DNA of 64,000 nt. Source: an uncultured Candidatus Saccharibacteria bacterium (GTDB lineage Bacteria; Patescibacteriota; Minisyncoccia; UBA6257; 2-01-FULL-56-20). Every line of letters begins with the position of its first letter. The first letter of the stretch is position 1. The notes below the pieces were generated by a model. That model was not told the origin of the DNA. It did not search any database and saw nothing but the letters and a program-made list of their open reading frames with translations. Positions 18,519 to 27,278 of this stretch are shown here, in pieces. The position numbers were made by a program, and so were the translations under genes. Where the stretch lies: the NCBI GenBank assembly GCA_964409535.1, contig CAYPDQ010000001.1:22993-86992 (forward strand). Direction: 5' to 3'.

Positions 18519-19854
18519 TCTTATATAGAATATGGCTGGCGAACGCGAGGAAGATGAAAACGTTCATATATATCGGCAGGACGTCAAAAAGCACCAGGCC
18601 CTGAACGAGATAACCGACCGGCAGGGCGAGCATCAAACCCTTCAAAACCGGCCCGCGCTGCGCCTTCTTGAGCAACTCCCAAAAGAAAGTCGCCCAAATC
18701 CCCAGGAAAGCCGCGAGGCCGAGAATTCCGGTTTCCGCAAGGTAGTCGAAGACGATACTGTGCGCACGATCGAACCAGGTCTCGGTGTTTTGACCGGGCA
18801 CGAAGTGGCGCGGATCGAGATACCTGTCAAAAACTGCGCTGAAATTTTCCGGTCCCCATCCCAAAAGCGGCCGCTCCTTGAATCCCTGCCACGCCGAATT
18901 CCATGTCCAAAGACGGGTTTGCACGGTTTCGGCGCCGAAGTTCAAGTCCAAAAGCCGGCCGCCGGCGAAATTATTTAAGAAATCGGCGCCACGCACGGAA
19001 AAAAGAACACCTCCGGTCAAAACTAAAACTAAGAGTGCCGCTATGCTGAATTTCCGGAGCTGGCCTTCGTCCTTCAGGGCCGCGAACGCCAGAAACGCGA
19101 CAACTGCCGCGCCCAGCCCCAAAAAGGCGCCGCGTGTCTGGCTCAACATAAAGAAAAGAAGGAAAACAAAGAGCAACCCCGAGTAGGCAAGGGCGACTGG
19201 GAGTCGCCGGCTTTTTCCGCTCCACCAAAGCCACAATGCGTAAAACATTGAGAACATAAGATAAGGAGCCACGTAGGCGGGATTGCCCAAAGAACCTTGG
19301 AACCGCGCAAGGGGGTGAAAAAGACGGCCTAAGGTGGAAGGAGCAAAAGGTTTATCCTCGGCGCGATATTGGCCAAAAAATCCAGGCACGAATCCGGCAG
19401 CAAGCACGCCGTACAAAATCATGAGTATGGCGGCCGCAAGAGACAGCCAGAACAACTTTCGCCAGTCCTTTTCTTCCCGGAAAAGCAACGCGAGCAAAAC
19501 GAAGAAAGCGTAATAGTGCAGCATCTGAAATCCGCCGTCGCCGCGTTCGTAGTTAGACCAGAAAGCGGCGCTTGCGTCATAGGCAAAAATGGAAGCTAAA
19601 AGGAAAACGCCGACGAAGACACTTACGGCAATAACTAGCGGCTTACGGAAAAGTTCTTTCAACCGCTGGGGAGCAATCTTCGCTCCCTCCGGGTCAAATG
19701 CCCACCACAGGATGAAAGAAGCCAGCGCCATCTCCACCGCCACCCGGAAAAAGTAGTACTTGCCGCCGATGAACGGGAAGAAAGTGGAGGGCAAAACCAC
19801 GACCACGGCGAAGACCGAGGCGTAGAGAAAAAATTTGGAGAGCTTAAGGAACAC
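18502..19854 (-). CDS. O-antigen ligase / polymerase family (Wzy_C-like) integral membrane protein
   Basis: 450 aa, at least 10 TM segments and a large periplasmic loop typical of WaaL/Wzy. Confidence 0.6.
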   Translation of the reverse strand: MFLKLSKFFLYASVFAVVVVLPSTFFPFIGGKYYFFRVAVEMALASFILWWAFDPEGAKIAPQRLKELFRKPLVIAVSVFVGVFLLASIFAYDASAAFWSNYERGDGGFQMLHYYAFFVLLALLFREEKDWRKLFWLSLAAAILMILYGVLAAGFVPGFFGQYRAEDKPFAPSTLGRLFHPLARFQGSLGNPAYVAPYLMFSMFYALWLWWSGKSRRLPVALAYSGLLFVFLLFFMLSQTRGAFLGLGAAVVAFLAFAALKDEGQLRKFSIAALLVLVLTGGVLFSVRGADFLNNFAGGRLLDLNFGAETVQTRLWTWNSAWQGFKERPLLGWGPENFSAVFDRYLDPRHFVPGQNTETWFDRAHSIVFDYLAETGILGLAAFLGIWATFFWELLKKAQRGPVLKGLMLALPVGYLVQGLVLFDVLPIYMNVFIFLAFASHILYKNATAH

Positions 19855-19855
19855 G

Positions 19856-21349
19856 TTACTTGGCGTATTCCACCGCCCGGACCTCCCGTATGACGTTCAC
19901 TTTTATCTCGCCGGGATATTTGAGTTCCGACTGTATCCGGTTCGCGATCTCCCGCGCCAACTCCAGTGCCCGGAAGTCGTCCACTTTCTCCGGCACAACG
20001 AAGACCCGCAGCTCCCGCCCGGCGGAAATGGCGTAGGCCTGCTTCACCCCCGGGAACTCCAGCGCGATCTTCTCCAGGTCGGCCAGACGCTTGATGTAGT
20101 TCTCCACACTATCCCTACGCGCTCCCGGCCGGGCGGCGGAGATCACGTCCGCCGCGGTTATGACGTAGGCCTCGGGATTGGCGTAGGGATAGTCCTCGTG
20201 GTGGGACTGCATCGCTTCTATCACCCGGTCGTCAATGCCGTACTTTTTCAAAATCTTCCGGCCGATCTCCACGTGCGTGCCTTCCACTTCATGGTCGATC
20301 GCTTTGCCAATGTCGTGGAGAAGCGCGGCTTTTCTCGCCACCTCCACGTTCAGCCCCAACTCCGCGGCGATCATCGCCGCGATATAAGCCATCTCGACGG
20401 AGTGAGTGAGAACGTTCTGGCCGTAACTCGTACGGAAATGCAGACGGCCGATGAGTTGGAGTATCTCTTTAGGCATATCATACACTCCGACCTCCATCGC
20501 CGCCGCCTCCCCTATCTCCAAGATCCGCTTTTGCATCTCCTCTTTCGCTTCCTCCACCTTCTCCTCTATTTTCGCCGGCTGGATGCGCCCGTCCTTTATG
20601 AGCTTGGCCAAAGCCAGGCGCGCGATCTCCCGCCGGTAGGGATCGAAAGAAGAGATGACCACGGCATCCGGGGCTTCGTCGATTACGAACTCCACTCCGG
20701 TCGCCCGTTCCAGGGCGCGGATGTTCCGCCCTTCCCGGCCGATGATCTTGCCCTTAATCTCTTCGTTCTCCAGAGGGAAAACGCTCGTAGTCACCTCCGA
20801 TATGTGGGAACGGGCATAGCGCTGCAAGGCGACGGTGATCACGTCCATCGCTTTCTTCTCTATCTCCTCGTGCCGCTCCTTGTCCATTTTCTGGAGGGTT
20901 TGGGCAAGCTCCTGGGCGTTGTCTTCCCGAACCTTCGCCAAAAGCTCGCGCTTGGCCTCTTCCCGGCCCAAACCGCTCACCCGCTCCAATTCCGCAACCG
21001 CGTTCTTCCTGACCTCTCCGATCTTCTCCGTTTCCGCCGCGAGTTCTCCCGTCTTCCGCCGCAACTCTTCTTCGCTCTTGCCCAGAGCGGAAACTTTCTT
21101 GTCCAGATTTTCCTCCCGCTCCAAAAGGCGGGACTCCAACTCGGCGATTTTATCCCGCCGCTTTTCTTCTTCTTTCTTCGCTTCCTCTAAGAGGGAAGCG
21201 GCCTTTTCCTTGGCTTCAAGGATTACCTCCTTGGCCTGAGATTCCGCCGATTCTTTAAGCTTTTGCGCCCGCTGCCGGCGCAAAAGATACCCGAAGACGA
21301 CGCCCAAAACCAAGCCCAGCCCCGCAAGGGCTAAAGAGTTTATATCCAT
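19856..21349 (-). CDS. rny: Ribonuclease Y (N-terminal TM, KH and HD domains)
   Basis: 497 aa. Coiled-coil N-terminus, KH (IIGREGRNIRALE) and HD (LLHDIGKA) domains. Confidence 0.9.
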   Translation of the reverse strand: MDINSLALAGLGLVLGVVFGYLLRRQRAQKLKESAESQAKEVILEAKEKAASLLEEAKKEEEKRRDKIAELESRLLEREENLDKKVSALGKSEEELRRKTGELAAETEKIGEVRKNAVAELERVSGLGREEAKRELLAKVREDNAQELAQTLQKMDKERHEEIEKKAMDVITVALQRYARSHISEVTTSVFPLENEEIKGKIIGREGRNIRALERATGVEFVIDEAPDAVVISSFDPYRREIARLALAKLIKDGRIQPAKIEEKVEEAKEEMQKRILEIGEAAAMEVGVYDMPKEILQLIGRLHFRTSYGQNVLTHSVEMAYIAAMIAAELGLNVEVARKAALLHDIGKAIDHEVEGTHVEIGRKILKKYGIDDRVIEAMQSHHEDYPYANPEAYVITAADVISAARPGARRDSVENYIKRLADLEKIALEFPGVKQAYAISAGRELRVFVVPEKVDDFRALELAREIANRIQSELKYPGEIKVNVIREVRAVEYAK

Positions 21350-21689
21350 GGAATTTGATATTTAAATTCTTCATGAGGTTGACGTTTTAGATGACTCCAT
21401 CATAGCACTTCGCTGCGCCCCCGGTCAACTGCGCTCCGGCCTTCGCCCTCGGAGGCCCGGCGTCGGTTTTCGTAGAGCAGAAAACCGCGCCTGCATCTCG
21501 GCCAAATCGTTCCTACTCTTCTTGCACGGGTAGATGTTTAGTTGTGGACGATGATTCTTTTAACCACGTCGTATCTGACGTCAGAACCAATGTAGATTTG
21601 GCCTCCGATAGCGCCTCCTCCGGGCGAAGGCCTGCGCGCTGGGCAGGCATTGGATCTATAGGCCGCTCCTGATTCCGCTAAGCAGACCG

Positions 21690-21805
21690 TCTCGCAGGCC
21701 GAGCGGGCAGGGTGTCCGAAGGACGAGCGAGGCCGAATGGCCAGCGAAAACCCTCGCTGGGGGTTTGAGCGGTAGCGAGGGCATAGCCCTGCGTGGCGCG
21801 AAGCC
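21690..21805 (+). ncRNA. Candidate structured RNA (weak SRP-RNA-like hairpin motif GUCC-GAAG-GAC...AGC) in a 470-bp noncoding gap
   Basis: GC-rich noncoding region with extensive self-complementarity. GGGCAGGGTGTCCGAAGGACGAGCGAGG loosely resembles the domain IV hairpin of 4.5S RNA. The boundaries are guesses. Confidence 0.2.
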
Positions 21806-21822
21806 GTACAATATAAACCGAT

Positions 21823-23355
21823 ATGGCGAAAAGCGTAGTGCTTATAATCCTGGACGGCTGGGGTATAGGCCCGGAAAACGACGCCAATCCGATGCACGTG
21901 GTGAAACCGGAAATCTTCAAGTTTCTGGAGGAAAACTATCCGGTGACGAGCCTGCAGGCCTCGGGCATATCGGTGGGTCTCCCCTGGGGCGAGGTCGGAA
22001 ACAGCGAGGTCGGGCATCTCACTTTGGGCGCGGGCAAAGTCATCTACCAGTACTATCCCAAAATCACAATGGCCGTCCAAGACGGCACGTTTTTTGAGAA
22101 TCCCGCGTTAAAGAATGCCTTCACACATGCGAAACAAACCGGCAGCAGCGTGAATTTGGTGGGGCTTTTGACCAAAGCAAACACTCACGCGTCGCTCGAC
22201 CATCTTCAAGCGCTCCTAAAAATGGCGGAAAAAGAGGGTTTAGATCGGGTGAATCTCCATCTTTTCGCCGACGGCCTGGACAGCCCGCCCAAGTCCCTGC
22301 CGCAATTCCTTAAGCAAATCCCCCTGGACAAACTCGCGACCTTAACCGGCCGCTACTACGCAATGGATCGGAACGAGTCCTGGCAACTGGTAGGGAAGGC
22401 CTACGAGATAATGACCTCCCCCGGCGAGCCGACCGGAGAACTCGGCGCGCTTTTGGACACTTTTTATAAAAGGGGTATGTCCGAGGAGTTCCTACCGCCT
22501 TTACGGCTCCTCCCCGGCCGCGAGATAAAAGACGGCGATGCCCTAATCTTCTTCAACTTCCGAGAGGACGGAATCCGGGAGTTAAGCGCCGCCTTCCTCC
22601 AGCCCGATTTCCAAAACTTCCCCCGGAAACAATTCCAAAACCTGTACCTCGCTACCCTTACCCGCTACAGCGAAAGCTTCCAAAATCCCGTTGCTTTCCC
22701 GGCGGACAAGGTGGAGCGCCCCTTGGGCCGGGTCCTCTCCGAGGCGGGGAAGAGCCAGCTTCGCCTTGCGGAGACCTACAAGTACGCCCACGTGACCTCC
22801 TTCTTCAACGGCTATCGGGAAGAAGCGTTCAAGAACGAGTACCGGGCGCTCGTGCCTTCGCTCCAGATAACCCACCCGGACGAGAGGCCGGAGCTTATGG
22901 CCGCGGCAGTGACCGACCGCTTGGTCCAGGCGGTCCAAGGCGGCGGCTTTGACTTTATCCTCGTAAACTATTCCAACCCGGACACCATCGCCCACACCGG
23001 CAACTACGATGCCTGCCTCCAAGCGGTGCGGGTTATGGATCGGGAGATCGGACGGGTTTTGAAGGCAGTTGAAAGTACGGACACGACGCTCGTCCTCACC
23101 TCCGACCACGGTAACCTGGAGGAGGTTCTAAGTCCGTTGACCGGCATCATTGAGACCCAGCACGACCCCAACCCCGTCCCGCTCCATCTCGTGGGCGCGG
23201 AGTTCAAAGGCAAAAAGTTCGTCAACTGGCGGGACATTCGGAACGAAACCGTGGGTATTCTCGCGGATGTCGCCCCGACCGTGCTCGCGCTTATGGGCAT
23301 TCCGCAGCCGCCGGAGATGACCGGGAAAAACCTGCTCAAAGAACTAGTGTTATAA
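21823..23355 (+). CDS. gpmI: 2,3-bisphosphoglycerate-independent phosphoglycerate mutase
   Basis: 510 aa. N-terminal LIILDGWG and the iPGM metal-binding domain. Confidence 0.9.
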   Translation: MAKSVVLIILDGWGIGPENDANPMHVVKPEIFKFLEENYPVTSLQASGISVGLPWGEVGNSEVGHLTLGAGKVIYQYYPKITMAVQDGTFFENPALKNAFTHAKQTGSSVNLVGLLTKANTHASLDHLQALLKMAEKEGLDRVNLHLFADGLDSPPKSLPQFLKQIPLDKLATLTGRYYAMDRNESWQLVGKAYEIMTSPGEPTGELGALLDTFYKRGMSEEFLPPLRLLPGREIKDGDALIFFNFREDGIRELSAAFLQPDFQNFPRKQFQNLYLATLTRYSESFQNPVAFPADKVERPLGRVLSEAGKSQLRLAETYKYAHVTSFFNGYREEAFKNEYRALVPSLQITHPDERPELMAAAVTDRLVQAVQGGGFDFILVNYSNPDTIAHTGNYDACLQAVRVMDREIGRVLKAVESTDTTLVLTSDHGNLEEVLSPLTGIIETQHDPNPVPLHLVGAEFKGKKFVNWRDIRNETVGILADVAPTVLALMGIPQPPEMTGKNLLKELVL

Positions 23356-23793
23356 GGGCGCTCGGCCTCGCGGCTCGTCGGGGTCGGCGTTGTTTTGCTC
23401 CCCGCCCGAAACGCTGCGCGTATCGCTGCGGGCGGGCAGCGGCAAAACCCACCTGTGTCCCTGCCTGCCGGCAGGCAGGTCGGCCAGCCGACCGAGCACA
23501 TAAGGAACTTATGTACTCGGACCAAGCTCAGCTTGGCCTGCGACACACCCCGCCGAGCCGCCAGGCCTCGCCGTACGGGAGCGCAGCCCCGCTTCCCGAG
23601 GTAACCTGAAGCGGAGGCGGCGTCAAAATGAAGGAGGGAGGCGAAGATTTTACGGTAAGGAAATTTGATGGTCCGATGGTTGCGAGGGGAACTGTCAAAT
23701 TTCCCCGTAAAATCGAGCCGAGCGACTGTCATTTTCGCCGCCGGAGCGGGTTCTGAGGGAAGCGGGGCGGAGCGGCTGTGGTAGAATAGAGCT

Positions 23794-24150
23794 ATGAGGT
23801 TTTTGGCCAAAATAATCCTCGCGGTCGTCGTGAACGGCGTGGCGCTTATGGCGGCGGCGTACTTCCTGCCCGGTTTTGAGCTAAAGAACGACCTTGTCGC
23901 CGTCGCCTGGATCGCACTGGCGCTCACTGCCTTGAACTACACCGTGAAGCCGGTCCTCAAGCTCTTCCTGGGGCCGATAATAGTGCTCACCCTTGGCCTG
24001 GGGCTTGTTATCGTAAACGCGGTCATTCTTTATCTCCTTGACATTTTCTCGCCAGATCTTACCATTCAAGGCGCTTTGACCCTCATTTACGCCTCGGTTT
24101 TGATCGGCGTCGTGAACTTCATCTTCCACCTGGCGACCAAGAAAAGTTAG
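23794..24150 (+). CDS. Phage_holin_4_2 / DUF360-family membrane protein
   Basis: 118 aa, 4 TM, colinear with the PF04020 consensus (VNAVAL...PG...LTLGL). Confidence 0.6.
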   Translation: MRFLAKIILAVVVNGVALMAAAYFLPGFELKNDLVAVAWIALALTALNYTVKPVLKLFLGPIIVLTLGLGLVIVNAVILYLLDIFSPDLTIQGALTLIYASVLIGVVNFIFHLATKKS

Positions 24151-24166
24151 CATCTTATATACTTAT

Positions 24167-24379
24167 ATGCTCATCCCGATACTTCAGATAATAGTTTCCG
24201 TCGCGCTCATAGTCCTTATCCTGCTTCAGGAACGCTCGGCGGGGCTTTCCGGCATCTTCGGCGGAGAAGGCGGTTTTTACCAGACGCGGCGCGGTCTGGA
24301 AAAATTGATCTTTGTTGCGACTATCGTTCTTACGATCGTCTTCCTTGCGCTTGCGGTTCTGCAGTTGTACCTCGGCTGA
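24167..24379 (+). CDS. secG: Preprotein translocase subunit SecG
   Basis: 70 aa, two TM segments and the LLQ...G.GG motif. Confidence 0.65.
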   Translation: MLIPILQIIVSVALIVLILLQERSAGLSGIFGGEGGFYQTRRGLEKLIFVATIVLTIVFLALAVLQLYLG

Positions 24380-26010
24380 TGACATCGCTAAAAAAAATTT
24401 TCCTGGCGTGGAACCTGCGGGAGCGGTTCATCTTCTGGATCGCGGCCGGAGTGTTTTTCGTGAGCTCCGTCGCCCTCGCCGGCGCGGCTCTTCAGGAATC
24501 GACCACCGTCGTCCCGGCAAAAGGCGGGGAATACATTGAGGGCGTCGTCGGCCAGCCGACCTACGTGAACCCGGTTCTCGCCGCGAGCGAAGCGGACAAG
24601 GTCCTGGTTCGCCTCCTTTTCGCCAACCTCACTGCTCTTGCCGACAAGATCGAGCCGGAGGAATCTGGAAGGGTCTGGCGGGTGCGCCTCAAGGAGGATC
24701 TGCGCTGGTCGGACGGCGCGCAGCTCACCTCGGACGATGTGATCTTTACGGTAGAACGGATCCAGGATCCCGAAACCCAGTCGCCGCTATTTATGAGCTG
24801 GCAAGGGGTGGCGGCGAACCGCTTGAGCGAGCTGGAAGTCCAATTTAATCTGGTTGCGCCATACCCGTTTTTCACCCAGAACCTGGAAGGGCTGTATATT
24901 TTGCCCAAACATATTTTCGCGGACACGCCCTCCGCCAACTGGCGGCTTTCAAAATATAATCTGGAACCGGTCGGCAGCGGCCCCTATAAATACGAGAAAC
25001 ACCTCCTATCTCCGAATGGCTTCGTGGACAATTACCTCCTCGCAGAAAATCCGGCTTACGTCGGCGGGGCGCCGCTCATCCAAAAATTCGGAGTCCGCTT
25101 TTTCTCCAAAGCGGAGGATCTCGTAAAAGCGTTCAATGTCGGGGAGGTCGGCGGCTTTGCCGGCCTCACCCCCGAAGCCGTATCCCAGGTTAACCGCCCC
25201 TATCAATCCCTCTCTTTCCAGTTGCCTAGCTACTACGCGGTCTTCTGGAACCAAAGCCAGAACCTGGCGCTCAAAGACAAAACAGTGCGCAAGGCCTTGA
25301 GTTTGGCGGTGGATCGCAGCCAGCTTGTGCAAGATATTTTCGGTGGACGGGCGGCGGCAGTGGATGGCCCCGCTCCTTCGGCGGGCGAGCCGGTCGCGGC
25401 CCTCGCACCCGAAGAAATCGCATCCATTTTAGATGAAGCCGGTTGGAAGGCGGGCGAAAACGGCGCCCGGGAAAAGGCCGTAAAAAACGGTAAAATCCCC
25501 CTGGAATTCACCCTGACCCTGCCGGATGTGCCCTTCCTTCTCAAAACCGCGGAAGAGCTTAAAACCGCCTGGGAGAAAATCGGCGCGCGGGTGAATCTAT
25601 CGCCGGTCGCGGCCCAAGAGATCGCCCAAGGACCGATCAAAAACCGTGAGTATCAGGCGCTCCTCTTCGGTAACATAATGAACCCGCCCGGGGACCTCTA
25701 TTCTTTCTGGCATTCCAACGAGCGTTTCTACCCGGGATTGAATCTTTCCCTCTATAGCAACCCGGAGGCAGATAAAATTATGGAATCCATCCGGCGCGAG
25801 TTCGATCCCGCGACGCGGGAAGAAAAACTCGCGGAACTGAATACGATCATCAAAAGCGACTACCCTGCGGCGTTCCTCTATTCTCCGAGCTATGAGATGA
25901 TCGCGACCAAAGACCTGCGCGGCGTATCTACCGGCCTCGTCTCCGACCCGGCGGACAGGTTCCGGAACGTGAATCAGTGGCACCTCAAAACCGCGCGGGC
26001 GCTTAAATAA
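24379..26010 (+). CDS. Extracellular solute-binding protein, family 5 (peptide/nickel ABC-type SBP fold), membrane-anchored
   Basis: 543 aa, N-terminal TM/signal, SBP_bac_5-like core. Confidence 0.65.
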   Translation: MTSLKKIFLAWNLRERFIFWIAAGVFFVSSVALAGAALQESTTVVPAKGGEYIEGVVGQPTYVNPVLAASEADKVLVRLLFANLTALADKIEPEESGRVWRVRLKEDLRWSDGAQLTSDDVIFTVERIQDPETQSPLFMSWQGVAANRLSELEVQFNLVAPYPFFTQNLEGLYILPKHIFADTPSANWRLSKYNLEPVGSGPYKYEKHLLSPNGFVDNYLLAENPAYVGGAPLIQKFGVRFFSKAEDLVKAFNVGEVGGFAGLTPEAVSQVNRPYQSLSFQLPSYYAVFWNQSQNLALKDKTVRKALSLAVDRSQLVQDIFGGRAAAVDGPAPSAGEPVAALAPEEIASILDEAGWKAGENGAREKAVKNGKIPLEFTLTLPDVPFLLKTAEELKTAWEKIGARVNLSPVAAQEIAQGPIKNREYQALLFGNIMNPPGDLYSFWHSNERFYPGLNLSLYSNPEADKIMESIRREFDPATREEKLAELNTIIKSDYPAAFLYSPSYEMIATKDLRGVSTGLVSDPADRFRNVNQWHLKTARALK

Positions 26011-26088
26011 GGGTCTTTGCCCGCGAGGACGAGTCCCTTGGCGGCGAAGTCCGAGCGTCGCAAACACCTTAATTTTAACAAAATTGGC

Positions 26089-27174
26089 ATGGATCCGTTT
26101 CTAAAAAACATCCTGGAATTCAACCGCCAGCTTACGACGGCCGGGCTCCAGCTCTCCAACCTCAAGCGGCTGAAAAAAGGCGGCTATGACTCCGTTCTCA
26201 TAGTCGGAATGGGCGGCTCTGGCCTCGCCGGCGAACTTCTGAAAGATGTGCAGGAGGAATTGGGACTCAAGGTTCCGGTTTTCACCTGGAAAGATTACGG
26301 CCTGCCCGAACCGGAAACGTTCGGTGCAAAGAAACCGCTCTACCTCTTCGTCTCTTTCTCCGGCAACACCGAAGAAACACTCTCCGGCTTCAAATCTGCT
26401 CTAAAACCTAAAACCTATAACCTAAAACCTCATTCCATTGCGGCCGTTGCCCACGGCGGCGAACTCGCCCGCCTCGCGAAGCGCGCGGGAGCACCACTGG
26501 TTCTCTTTCCGGCCGCAGATCCCGTTAGAAGTCCGACATTCGGCCCCGCGAATGTCGGCAGAAACCGGGGGTTTCTTACTTCTAACGGGACAGACTTGAA
26601 TCCCAGGCAATATACTGGTAGGATGTTCTACGCACTGATCCAAGTACTCCGGGCCGCCCGCCTTATTTCTTCCGAGCCGCAGACCTACATCCGGCTCCAA
26701 CCCGCGTCTTTCAAAAAGGAGGGTGCATATCTCGCCAAACGCCTTAAGGGCAGGGTCGTGCTCCTCTACACCGACCGGCGAAGCCATGGCCTGGGCTATG
26801 TCTGGAAAGCTAAATTAAACGAAACCGCAAAGCAGCTCGCTTTCCTGAACGCCGTGCCTGAGATGAACCACAACGAGCTCACCGGCCTTGTTTTCCCAAA
26901 AACCAAGCTGGCCGCGCTATTCATAAGCGATACGTCCGCCCCTGCGGCCGGGGCAGGGCGGACGCGGAAAAGAATCCGGATCAATCTCAAACTTTTAAAG
27001 AAGAAAGGGGTGCAAGCAGAGGAAGTTCCGCTCCAGGGCAAGAGCCGGATGGAGAAGATGTGGAATTCCATAATGCTCGCGGACTGGACCGCATACGAAC
27101 TTGCCAAGATGAACGGCGCGGACCCGGCGGAGATCAAAATAGTTGAAGAGTTGAAAAGTTCGATGAAAAAATAA
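26089..27174 (+). CDS. Bifunctional phosphoglucose/phosphomannose isomerase (SIS domains)
   Basis: Start chosen at the internal ATG (MDPFLKNIL). SIS motifs GMGGSGLAGE and SFSGNTEET. Contains a heptamer-repeat insert (LKPKTYNLKP). Confidence 0.7.
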   Translation: MDPFLKNILEFNRQLTTAGLQLSNLKRLKKGGYDSVLIVGMGGSGLAGELLKDVQEELGLKVPVFTWKDYGLPEPETFGAKKPLYLFVSFSGNTEETLSGFKSALKPKTYNLKPHSIAAVAHGGELARLAKRAGAPLVLFPAADPVRSPTFGPANVGRNRGFLTSNGTDLNPRQYTGRMFYALIQVLRAARLISSEPQTYIRLQPASFKKEGAYLAKRLKGRVVLLYTDRRSHGLGYVWKAKLNETAKQLAFLNAVPEMNHNELTGLVFPKTKLAALFISDTSAPAAGAGRTRKRIRINLKLLKKKGVQAEEVPLQGKSRMEKMWNSIMLADWTAYELAKMNGADPAEIKIVEELKSSMKK

Positions 27175-27186
27175 TCTTGGCCGAGA

Positions 27187-27272
27187 GCCCAGGTGGTGGA
27201 ACTGGCAGACACGCAGCGTTCAGGGCGCTGTGGCCGCAAGGTCGTGGGAGTTCAAATCTCCCCCTGGGCACC
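27187..27272 (+). tRNA. tRNA-Leu (anticodon CAG), type II with long variable arm
   Basis: Folded by eye: acceptor GCCCAGG/CCTGGGC, 3-bp D-stem GTG/CAC, anticodon loop TTCAGGG, variable stem-loop, T-arm GGGAG-TTCAAAT-CTCCC, discriminator A then CC. Confidence 0.8.
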
Positions 27273-27278
27273 GAAAAA

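Noticed and set aside
19835-21190. 451-aa plus-strand ORF antisense to rny; similar long antisense ORFs occur at 27252-28301 and 57759-58472
   Set aside because: They lie entirely antisense to well-supported genes (rny, rnj, pyrG). Their composition is low-complexity Arg/Leu/Pro-rich, typical of GC-rich antisense frames. No domain features.
21350-21822. RNase P RNA (rnpB) in the rny-gpmI gap
   Set aside because: GGGCAGGGTG resembles the E. coli P10/11 region, but the universally conserved AGGAAAGUCCGGGCUCC and ACAGAAxCCGGCUUA elements are not present on either strand. The region is left as an unassigned candidate RNA.
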